From Phallusia mammillata (Eukaryota), in assembly GCA_965637545.1 (NCBI GenBank), contig OZ281501.1:11656001-11720000 (forward strand): a stretch of 64,000 nt of DNA, given 5' to 3'. The position numbers were made by a program, and so were the translations under genes. Within the stretch, counting starts at the first letter, position 1, and each line of letters opens with the position of its first letter. This document shows, one piece after another, positions 35,201 through 44,571 of this stretch. A model generated the notes under the pieces. That model worked only from the letters and a program-made list of their open reading frames with translations. It ran no database searches and was not told where the DNA came from.

Positions 35201-38200
35201 CAGTTCAAAAAGATTAGCTTCATTGGCTTAACAACCATCTTAACCACAGGGTAACATCACTGCCATATAACAAAAATGTTTGAAGTAAATTTTGTTCTTA
35301 CATCAGCATTTCCATCCATTTTTTGCTGAGCAATTTGCTGGTCTCTGTTGGCCATCATTTGATGAATCATGTTGACAGCATTCTAAAAACATATTGTTAA
35401 GTTATGAAACTAACCACCACCTTTTTAAACTTTAATTTAATACAATGTAACCTTCAAGCGCTAACTTATTTTTAGCACTTTTTAGCTCGAAAAATTGTAC
35501 TCTTTATCCTGGTAATCGCCCAAATTTGTTTAGTTTGCAAAACCACAGTACACCGAAAACTTACATCAATATTTATTTGTGGTCCAGTTATCTTCAGCGG
35601 TTTAGCCAGACCTAGATTTTCAGTTGATTCTTGAATAAGAAGCATTTTCACTCCCAAAGTTTGTTGTAACTAAAAACAATAGGAATCTAAGAAGTCATCA
35701 ATACCAGCAGTTGAACCATAATCTATCGTTATGTTAAGAGTAGCCATCAGGAAATGGGTGATAGACTTGAAGTCATCATAATTTGCAACAAATTCAAATA
35801 ATCTGACATCATTTGGCAGAATAGCACAAACTTTATTGTGAAACTGCAATGCATACCATTTTAATGGTCTCTCCACCCTTTCCAATGATAAGGCCACACT
35901 TGTCAGGAGGAATATCAATAGTAACTGACTTGTCCATGCCATCGCCCATACCTTGCAGACCACCAGAAGCAAGATTAAAGTTATTTCCAAGTGTACCAGC
36001 TTGTGATCTTGAAACTATCTCATTCAGCATATTCCTGCACACACTAAGTAAAAAAAACACACAATTAAACCATACATCTCCATGTAAATGTTAATAGGTG
36101 TTATGAAAAAATGCCATCAGTGATAGGGTGATAGATAATAAGTCATCATTGTAGAATTTACTATGACCAAACTTGCATCATTTGGCAAAACTATGGAAAT
36201 AAAGTGGTTATGCATTAAACTTACTCAATTTGCTCTACTGTGCCAGATAGAGTACATGGTCTTTCTTTGGTGCCAGGCATACTTTGCGTAATTTGAATTC
36301 GGCAACCGGTTTCTCTTTGCATTCGCATGATGTTTTCACCTCCACGACCAATAACTGGAAGGTAGAAGATACTATAACTACCTGCTATGCTGTATAATGT
36401 ATATCCAGATAATAGACTTACTTAATCCCACAAGATCATCCGGTAGGCTGATGGTCTCTGACATCATGCCACTAAAATGTCAATTAATATTGATAAACCT
36501 ATTTTACTCAAATCTTTGTTTCAAACACAACATTTGTTTAATTGGCAACTTTACTTACGCCTCTGCTTGCATTCCAGGGACAACAGAAGAATTATTTGAC
36601 ACAGCTAGAAACAACAGTATATATTTACCACTGCATAACTCAAACCAGGTAACCACAAGATACTTACAATTAGCAACACTAAGTGGAAGAGGAGCTAGTT
36701 TTTTTGGCCCAGGCTCTTCTGAAAAAAACAAACATATCAAATATCATGACTAGCTTAGTTTATTTGAAAAATAGTGTTATCTAACTGAACACAATCACTG
36801 CAGTAACGAACTTCACAGTCAAAGTCTGACTAGTCATAAGGAAGCAGAAAGACACCCAAGTGTGAAAACAACCCACTGGGTTACTGGCTCAAGCACAATC
36901 CCACCTTTTTCACTGTTTAAGCACACTGCAGGCAAGGCAGGCCTGGCAGATACTGAGATTAACTGGTCTAGGTACAAAGCACAAAGCATAGAGGAATGTG
37001 CTAATAAGAGATAGAGAACTTCCTGCCTGTGTGGCCCACATCCTGTAATAGGACTCGCTATAAAAAGCTGTAGCTGCCTGTTCATAGTTTCACAGGAATA
37101 GCCATTATTGTGTGTTAGTATGTTCCAAGCAGCTGTTAATGGCAATTTGAAGTGTTTTATGATACTAAGAACAAAATTTGTTTTTCAAGTAACACACATT
37201 GAAAAAAGCATGTGGTCATCTACACATAATCTTTGTTCTTTTTATTTTGTAGCAGTAATTAGATTTTATACAAAACGAATATAAAGCACAAACATACCAC
37301 CATCTTCTAAAGCTCTTTTCTGTGGAGCGTCTCCCATAGGCCCAGGGGCTGCCAGTAGTGAGTGGGGAACCTAAAAATTATAAAAAATGACAACAGAATA
37401 ATAAAAGGTCACAAATCCAGTTGGATAAGATAGAATTATGCCTCCCAGTGGCAACTATGCTCCCAATAGCAGTAAATAATGTGGCAGAAATTATATGTAT
37501 AGGTCACTATAACAGGTTGAAAGTTATATTTCTTTGTTGAACAAGGCTTTTATAATACATTGTGGAAACATTGAATTACCATGATACCTCTTTGCTATTA
37601 ATTGCTACAACACTCTTTCTGTATGTAAAGTTGCATATATATTTGCACTACTTTCAATATGTTTTGCTGTGTTGGCAATAGTCACAGAAAAAAATGCTTT
37701 GGTTTATTTCCAGAATAATGAGTCAGGGATATTTTTTATTGTAGTTGATGCTATTCCAAACTGTGAACTTGGATCTCCATGATAACATGTGTTTGCTCTA
37801 GTACACTGGTTCTCAACTAGGGGGGCCACGAGCTGTGTTCCGGGGGGCCACAGGTGTAGATTCACCAGAAACACCCACTAAAAGCCATTTTTTAAACTTA
37901 TTCCCTAATTTAATCGACTATTTCACATACTATTGGCTACATTGAGGTTTTTCATGATTTTGGATTTTTGTTTACTCTATTCGCCCTGTTTAAAGCCAAA
38001 ATTTATACTGAATTCCAACACAAGATTGCCATTTACATTTAAAGGGGGCAGTGTGTTTTTGCAAGCCAATGTTCTTGTTTGAGTGTATTAAACATAAAAT
38101 TAGACAATACAGCTAACTAAAATTTTTGTTAATTTTCAATATTTCCTTTCCTGCAGTGATTTAATTAAAATCAAACGTTTATCATAAGCAATATACAATT

Positions 38201-39756
38201 TTGTATTTTGTTGTGTGGTAAGATTTCAAATCCTTGTTTGCAACTACATGTCTCTGAGGTTGCTGTAGGTCAACATTATGAAGTTTTAAAATGCAACTCT
38301 GAAATTTGTTTGAGGATGCCTAATGCTAAGTTTTTAATCTTCACATATGCAATTTCATTAGCTTTTTGTTAATCACTATAAAGTCAAACAATTTGATTTA
38401 ATGTACTTATTTAATCTTTGCTGAACCAATTTATGTCAGTAACTTGCTTTTATAACTTGTCAATATAAAGTGATTTACCCAACTGTCTGGACATATAAGC
38501 AAACAAACAATGCTAACTATCATCACAATAAGCCTTGTTTTCTCTACCAAAGAATCATGATTGTAGTCTATATTACTGAACTGTTTGACAGAATTATAAC
38601 AACATGCAGTTTATGGTGAAATTGCAACTTAGAAAGTGCTCTTTTTAGGAATCTAGAGAGATTGTTATATCACCAAAAAACAGTTTGCATATCAGGATTA
38701 CGCTCACAAACTGAATGCATTGAAATTAGGTTTTCATCCCAAGAATGATTTGGTGGGAAATTCTCAACATAACAACATTTCAGAATTCTGTAAATTTTGT
38801 TTCAAAATCTCAGGAAAAAGAAACCAAGCAAAACTTATTTTAAGCTTTCATATCTAATTTAGTAATAAATGCTCTCCAGTAGTACAAAAATTAAAGAAAA
38901 CGTCTTTAACTAGAGACGTACAATTAAAATGTGCAAAATTGACTTATTTTCCTGAATCCTGAAAAACTATGGTAATAAAAAAACATATTTTGAATTATGA
39001 ATTAGGAAATATTTGAATTATGCACAATCTGCATCATACAGTCAGATTTGCATAAACTTTGTAATAGGGTTCCTCTATTTCTCGACTTTTTCGCTTCGCG
39101 AGAACTGAGAATTTGCCAAGTTCTGACCATGAATATTGTTGTATTAAGTGTCAACTTCATTGCTTAACATGGTAGTGTATTGTTATACACTATTCCTTTG
39201 TGTGCTGTTTATTACTTTGTGTGCTGTTTTGCAGATTCTATTATTTCTTAAAACATTATTATCAGCAAAGGAACAACAATACAGAACATATATATCAGGT
39301 AAAATAAAAGTAAAATGGAGTTGCATTATCACTTGACGATTGTTTAACAAGTTATTGGTATTTGTGTGGGCTGTGGTAAAATATCTTTGCATGCTTCAAG
39401 AGATGATTGCTGTCAGTGCACTGCAGAATTGGTTATTGCTTTACATTAAACATTATGCAAAAAACAGAAACATTATTTTTTACAAACACATGGCTACATA
39501 GCCATATGGCTATAGCCATTTGCATTATGACCAAGAAATTACAAAGAAAGGTTGCAACTATATTTTTTTACTGTTTTTGAAACTGTTGAAAGCAAAAAAA
39601 AAACACAAATCAAACATCGCAAATGGATAGCAATTTAACAACTATAAAATACAATTCTACCAAAATGGCACTGACCTCTTGTTGTGAAGTGATGTTGTCT
39701 ACAGTGTTGATTTCAATTTGAGCGTCTCCAGATGCATTAGCAATCCCCTCGGCCAT
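32227..39756 (-). CDS. FUBP1: Far upstream element-binding protein family (FUBP1/KHSRP/PSI-like), ~691 aa
   Basis: 19 phase-compatible exons: 39756-39676, 37370-37298, 36718-36668, 36604-36559, 36471-36422, 36354-36225, 36043-35857, 35669-35565, 35382-35302, 35126-34988, 34875-34753, 34505-34320, 34244-34137, 34028-33871, 33498-33321, 33249-33163, 32943-32866, 32673-32573, 32340-32227. Four KH GxxG loops (IGRGG, IGKGG x3), QKRALEDG, three Tyr motifs ([26 protein letters not shown]). Co-ortholog of vertebrate FUBP1/2/3. Confidence 0.95.
32746..32822 (-). ncRNA. C/D box snoRNA, diverged U38/snR61-like paralog (intron 17)
   Basis: C ATGATGA, D' CTGA, C' TGATGT, D CTGA, terminal stem TGTG/CATA. 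D' guide GCCAGTCTTGCTT; D side GTTACAACATTAT shared with 34577-34654. Confidence 0.8.
32958..33086 (-). ncRNA. Candidate H/ACA snoRNA (intron 16, 129 nt)
   Basis: Hairpin 1 closed by GCCATA/TGTGGC, H box AGATTA, hairpin 2 closed by TTGCA-GAG/CTC-TT-TGCAA, then ACA plus 3 nt. It ends unusually close to the 3' splice site. Confidence 0.4.
33762..33835 (-). ncRNA. C/D box snoRNA, target unassigned (intron 14)
   Basis: Terminal stem AAGC/GCTT, C ATGATGC, probable D' AAGA, C' GTGAAGA, D CTGA. Shares TACCCTGTGGTTAAGATGG with 35197-35264. Confidence 0.72.
34577..34654 (-). ncRNA. C/D box snoRNA, U38 (SNORD38)/snR61 homolog (intron 11)
   Basis: Terminal stem TATCT/AGATA, C ATGATGA, D' CTGA, C' ATGAAGA, D CTGA. 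The 13-nt D' guide GCCAGTTCTGCTT is complementary to conserved LSU rRNA AAGCAGAACUGGC; the +5 rule selects the A I recall as yeast Am1133 / human Am1858. Confidence 0.88.
35197..35264 (-). ncRNA. C/D box snoRNA, target unassigned (intron 9)
   Basis: Terminal stem GGC/GCC, C GTGATGT, probable D' AAGA, C' ATGAAGC, D CTGA. Paralog of 33762-33835. Confidence 0.72.
35743..35817 (-). ncRNA. C/D box snoRNA, target unassigned (intron 7)
   Basis: Terminal stem GCCA/TGGC, C ATGATGT, D' TTGA, internal stem AATTTG/CAAATT, C' ATGATGA, D CTGA. D guide TCTATCACCCATTTC. Confidence 0.78.
36113..36186 (-). ncRNA. C/D box snoRNA, target unassigned (intron 6)
   Basis: Terminal stem GCCA/TGGC, C ATGATGC, C' ATGATGA, D CTGA. 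D guide TCTATCACCCTATCA. Paralog of 35743-35817. Confidence 0.75.
37804..38049. mobile_element. hAT/Charlie-type MITE, right-truncated (FUBP intron 1)
   Basis: Begins CACTGGTTCTCAAC; body matches 11763-11950. Confidence 0.75.
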
Positions 39757-40418
39757 TTACAAAACTAGTCTAAAGTGAAATAACTCTTGTTGCTTTAGCG
39801 GGAGAGCACGCCTAAACCGCCACAGGAAGTTCACAGAAAGAACACTAAAGAGTAAAAAAATGGCGTTTTTGACCACGTGAGAACTGATGCATTGTGGGAA
39901 ACCAGTTTAAAGAAAAACGTGGTAGGCTTGCACATAGAATCTTACAAAAGCAACACTTGCGGTGAAAGTGAGCAAAAAGTTTGTGGTAAACAACATTTTA
40001 CCAAATACCGTACGCTTTTTGTTGTGAAGTTTTTTTTTGTAATTTGTCAAAATTTGAAATGTTTGTTGTTTGATTTAAAACTTTAAAAAAAAAATTGATT
40101 GAAATGTTTCTACGAGACACCGTTTCGCAAAACGTTTCCTGCATTTTAAACATTTTAATACCTTTAATCATAGTATGTAAAGACGATGCTTTAATCATCC
40201 GATTTTAGATGATGCGCAGCCCTCATGCATTTTTGTTGGACCTAAATTTGCGTTTATTTTAAATCTTAGAGCAACATTAATGATCGATTTCGAAAAATTA
40301 TTAGTTCGAATAGAAGAGACTAAAACCTTGTTAAAATAGAGTTTTTGACAGCCCGCAAGGTATTTTCCAAAACCTAATGTGCTTCTTCATGCTCTCAGTT
40401 GTAGGCCATCATATAAAC

Positions 40419-41073
40419 CAGGGAGTCGAAATACATGTCATAAGGCAGTGGTTCTCAAACTTTTTCATATTTTTTTCAAAACGGTCCCTTTGCCATTATT
40501 TCGAGGGCTCGCGGTCCTTAAGCCTAAAATTTGTATTTCATAAAAACGAAAGCTGATTGCAGGATTTTAGCTAGTTATGCAAAATTGCGCTTAATAATCA
40601 TCCAAAGACAGCTTGTGACATCACAGACAAGACAAAAAAAAAGCATTATGATTGTGCGCGAACAATTGCTATTTTAGTAGTTGTCATTCAATAAAAGCTA
40701 TTGTTTAACAATGGAGACAGTCGATTCTCAATTCCACTTTGATTTAAACTTATTTATTGGCACGAACTGACGCTAAATAAAATTATAGAATTACTTCAAC
40801 CGCTTCGCGGTCCCCCCAAAATTGCCTCACGGACCCCTAAAGGACCGCGGACCCCAGTTTGAGAACCGCTGTCATAAGGGTTGAGGTTTGGTTCGGGTTC
40901 ACTTTGTTTTGTTTTGGGGGGTTCGGGTCCTGTTGAGGTAAAAAATGTATAATTTCGGGTTCGAGTTTATTGTTCCGGTTCGGGCAAATTAGGCGGTACG
41001 AACCGGTGTGTGGTTTTTAAAAATCGTTTAATTTTAATTTTACTCGAAGAAAAAACGATTTTTTGACTCCCTG
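40419..41073. mobile_element. Degenerate copy of the 17363-17853 MITE family, interrupted by a Charlie MITE
   Basis: Ends CAGGGAGTCGAA and TTTGACTCCCTG; TSD ATATAAAC/CTATAAAC (7 of 8); body collinear with 17363-17540. Confidence 0.85.
40446..40871. mobile_element. hAT/Charlie-type MITE (426 bp), nested
   Basis: 15-bp TIR CAGTGGTTCTCAAAC / GTTTGAGAACCGCTG (one mismatch), 8-bp TSD TCATAAGG. Confidence 0.93.
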
Positions 41074-41733
41074 CTATAAACTAAATGTTGGGCTGACCTC
41101 GATTTTGACTTCAGTCCCGGTTTCTAATTGTGTTGAGTTGGAAAAACGACACAAGAAAACATTGGTTTCGGGTTCGTTATATAACGTGCGGGAAACCCAA
41201 ATAAAATCATTTTATTGTGGAATATTTATGTCAGGAAAAAGACCAAACTTTGCAATCATAACTTTCAAAATTCGTAGTTGGTATTTGACTAAGATGGAGT
41301 CCCAGAGGTGTTGTATTTCGTCCGCCACATTTTATTAAATTTTACAGGTGCCAAAATTTTTTTGCACGATTTAAGAAATGCAATATGGAACATATAGGCT
41401 ACAAAAAATAAAACATATCGTGAAATATAGCAATACTATCAACAACACATATAGGTAGCAAATAATAATGCATACTGGTGTGCATAAGAATGGTAAACAC
41501 GAAAATAAAATACGACATAAAGATAACTGCACATTACACTTTCCTTTGTTCCATGCTTCAAGTGTGTTTTAACCTACAGCGAAATGAAGAAATTTTCAAG
41601 AGTTAATCACACATAAAAACAGTAGTTATGTCCAAAAACGCAGTTTGTTGGTCTATTTTGATCTAGGATTGACCATTGTTCACAAGGCTATTTACATTCA
41701 AAGAGTACAAAACGTGTAGACAAATGCAGGCTA

Positions 41734-44363
41734 CTATTTTGATGAAGTGGCGACAGCTAACGCATTTGTGCGCATTTTTCGCAGAAGACTAATTAAATTG
41801 TCAATTCCAAATAGAAACCCTCCATCAGGGCCGGGATGTACCACCGAATCGCTAAAACAATAATGCGCGAAATCTATAAGTCGTATATCGATAGCTTGAG
41901 TTTGTGGTGGCGTTGTGTATCGACTACTTGATAAAGCTATATCACGACCGGACGTGGTAAAACAGTTTGATAACGAGCCACATGACTTTGTGCGATGTCT
42001 CTTCTTGGTTGTGATTTCCTTTACACTTTGCTGTAAAGAAGCTTTAAAAGAGCTGCGCACATGCTCTTGTGGAACGCGGGAAGGACTTCTTGAACTGTGC
42101 TCAGCAGTCGTTTTCTTGGCTGCTTCCTCCGAGCTTTCAGCCGAACGAAAATCTCTCATCGCAGACGGGAAACTATTGGGTCTGCATGTACTATCCTTTC
42201 TGTGTTTCGAATGTTTGTGCGGTCGGTAACTGATGTCTTTTCTGTGAACAGGCGCATTGACCTTCGTTCTTTCAGGTGAAGATTCGCCAGGATTCTTAAC
42301 TTGCGCAATGCATTCAGCTGCAGTGCTTTCACAGTCGCCCTCGTAAACTAGGAGAAGGGAGCCGGAATAAAAACGGTACGATATGAGTGAGGCAACCGCG
42401 TGCCGTAGTTCCAGTAGCTGTTTGATAGCTGACTCAATCAGGTTGCAATCAACGTTTTGAAATTTGTGTTGTTCAAGACCGAAGCTGGAAGGAAATGGTG
42501 CTTCTGTTGCCGTCGGGGTACTTGCTTCTTTGCCGGCCATTCTGCAAAAAACAAACATATTTCAGTTTAACATTTAAACGGGTATAACGTTGGTTTTCCC
42601 TTTATCATTTTGTTAGGTTACCTGACAATCGGAGAATGACCTCTAGAAAAGAAGTCGATCAGATTTGAAACCAGTCCATCAACAGAAAGATTGTGTCCAT
42701 AGTATTTATTGATGTAGATGTATTCTTTACGCTCTGGGTCGTAAATCTTTAAATATAATTTGGCAGACATTAAATTGACGAAGCATTGTTGTGGAAACGG
42801 AACCAGGGTTTCAATATATTTCTGGTGTAGTTTAGAACAAAGTTTTTCGAATACCTGCATTCCGCTCATACGAACTCCAACATCTATAGCAGTCACGTGA
42901 CGTGCAAGTTTCGCCGGCGACGCATTTTCTCTGACACGAGTTCCAACTTTGAGATCCAGAATGCAAGGATGGCGATAGGAAGCAGTCACATTTTCAAGCA
43001 TCATAAATCGTTTGGACTTGGCCAAAATTCCTTCCTCCGATTGAACATTCTTAATTCGAACAAACATTGTTGGCGATTAACGATATTGTTGTCGCTACTG
43101 TGTTTCGGTACTGACAATCAAACAAAGCTAGGCTACTTTATAAGCGGTATTAATGAAAACAGTTTTTTTCAAACGGAAGTAGGCTAATAGTTGCATATAA
43201 ACTTGCAATGAATGAATTTGACGGTCACACATTTCCCACTCTACACATAAACAAACCTTCAATTTGGTCCGAACATCAGTCATAACTTTGGAATTCCAGG
43301 GATTTTGCTGATGGTCATCCTCTGTGCTCCGAAGTTCAACTCGGGCTTCTCTCCCGTCCACAGTTTGTATGCTTACAGTTTTGTCAAATCCTTGAGTCAG
43401 TTCGTCCAATACGTCAGTTTCCGGCAAATATGAAAATTCGCTACAGAGTCCTTCCTTGGGACGCAAGGAAGTTATCCTTGGATTGGTTGGATCTCTAAAT
43501 ATCAAAGCAAACGTTTGCAGGAAAATTATAAATGCGGTATATATGGAACTTACATGACGTGTGTTCGACCATAGTCTTGAACACAGCGCTTGGAATGAGG
43601 CCTTGGAGTTTCTACCAAAGCTTTGATAGAACTAGAACTGCGCTTGATCAGGGATTTGGTGTGTGCTATAGCAGTCACTGACGAATCGCCATCACCTTCG
43701 ACGTACGTTACGTTGATAACACCTGAAATTAAAAAATAGATCTCTGACAAATGTAGCATGGCCAGAACAAGAATTTCGGGAGGGGCTGTGGCTCAATTTT
43801 AAACAGAAAAATATAAATAAAAAACACTTTTAAACACGCAACGTAAAGTCTTTTTAACGAATGGTTTGAAAGTAATTAAGTCAGCCAAAACTTGCATTAG
43901 TCATCACCAGGTTTTTTTAAGGTTTGGTTTGGGTGACCGCTAAGTAGTTTTGAGAGACCGCAAGTGTTTCATTTAAATACCCAAAAATAGCCATATTTGC
44001 TTATTTGGGAAACCGCTGGAGACCGTTTCGGTCCCCCAAAACACCTTAAAAAAACACTGATCATCACTAATTATTAAAGAAAAATCCCACACAATTTTCT
44101 TCATTCTCAGCTCGAAGCCTACCTCGAAACTCGGGAGCAAACTTTTTGAACACTGTTGGTAAATGGTGATAGAAAAACAACTCTCTGGAAACATATGGTT
44201 TGCATATAGTAGAACTGTTGTAGCAAAGAATGTTCGCTCTTCCGCTGACTTGATTACCAAAAGGCTTCAAAAACATTACTCTGTCAGGCTTGGACGAAAT
44301 CGAGAATTTCGCAACATCGGATGTGCGATTGTTCTTTGTAAACGAGTTGTGTATAGATTCCAT
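41734..44363 (-). CDS. Inositol hexakisphosphate kinase-like protein (IP6K family), ~591 aa, divergent
   Basis: Exons 44363-44123, 43722-43554, 43494-43257, 43049-42855, 42746-42622, 42541-41734, all in phase. Motifs PFGNQVSG, ICKP..RE..FY, NPW, MLENV, PCILDLKVG (PxxxDxKxG), NKYYG, YRFYSGSLL, IRLIDFAH. The exon 4 acceptor is inferred. Confidence 0.9.
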
Positions 44364-44489
44364 TTGCAAAGGAAGAAATTCGATGCTTTTTCTGGGTTAG
44401 ACTGTCTTCATATCAATGCTAAATCTTGAGTCTTAAGCGAAAAGTTTGCGATGTATTGAAGGGTTCCATGATTGCAAAAAGCAAAACTG

Positions 44490-44571
44490 CGTCGTCGGCA
44501 GGATTCGAACCTGCGCGGGCAGAGCCCAACAGATTTCTAGTCTGTCGCCTTAACCACTCGGCCACGACGAC
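44490..44571 (-). tRNA. tRNA-Ser(AGA)
   Basis: 82 nt, GTCGTCGTGGCCGAGTGGTTAAGGCG ACAGA-CT-AGA-AA-TCTGT, long variable arm, GGTTCGAATCCTGCCGACGACG. A and B boxes intact; TTTT terminator just downstream. Confidence 0.97.

Noticed and set aside
35204-35218. D-side guide GCTAATCTTTTT as a U6 snRNA methylation guide
   Set aside because: Needs two G-U pairs, points to A45 rather than the known Am47/Am53, and is not conserved in the paralog.
38435-38530. Possible extra C/D snoRNA in FUBP intron 1 (GTGATGA...CTGA)
   Set aside because: Weak terminal stem, no clear C'/D' boxes, no paralog and no recognisable guide.
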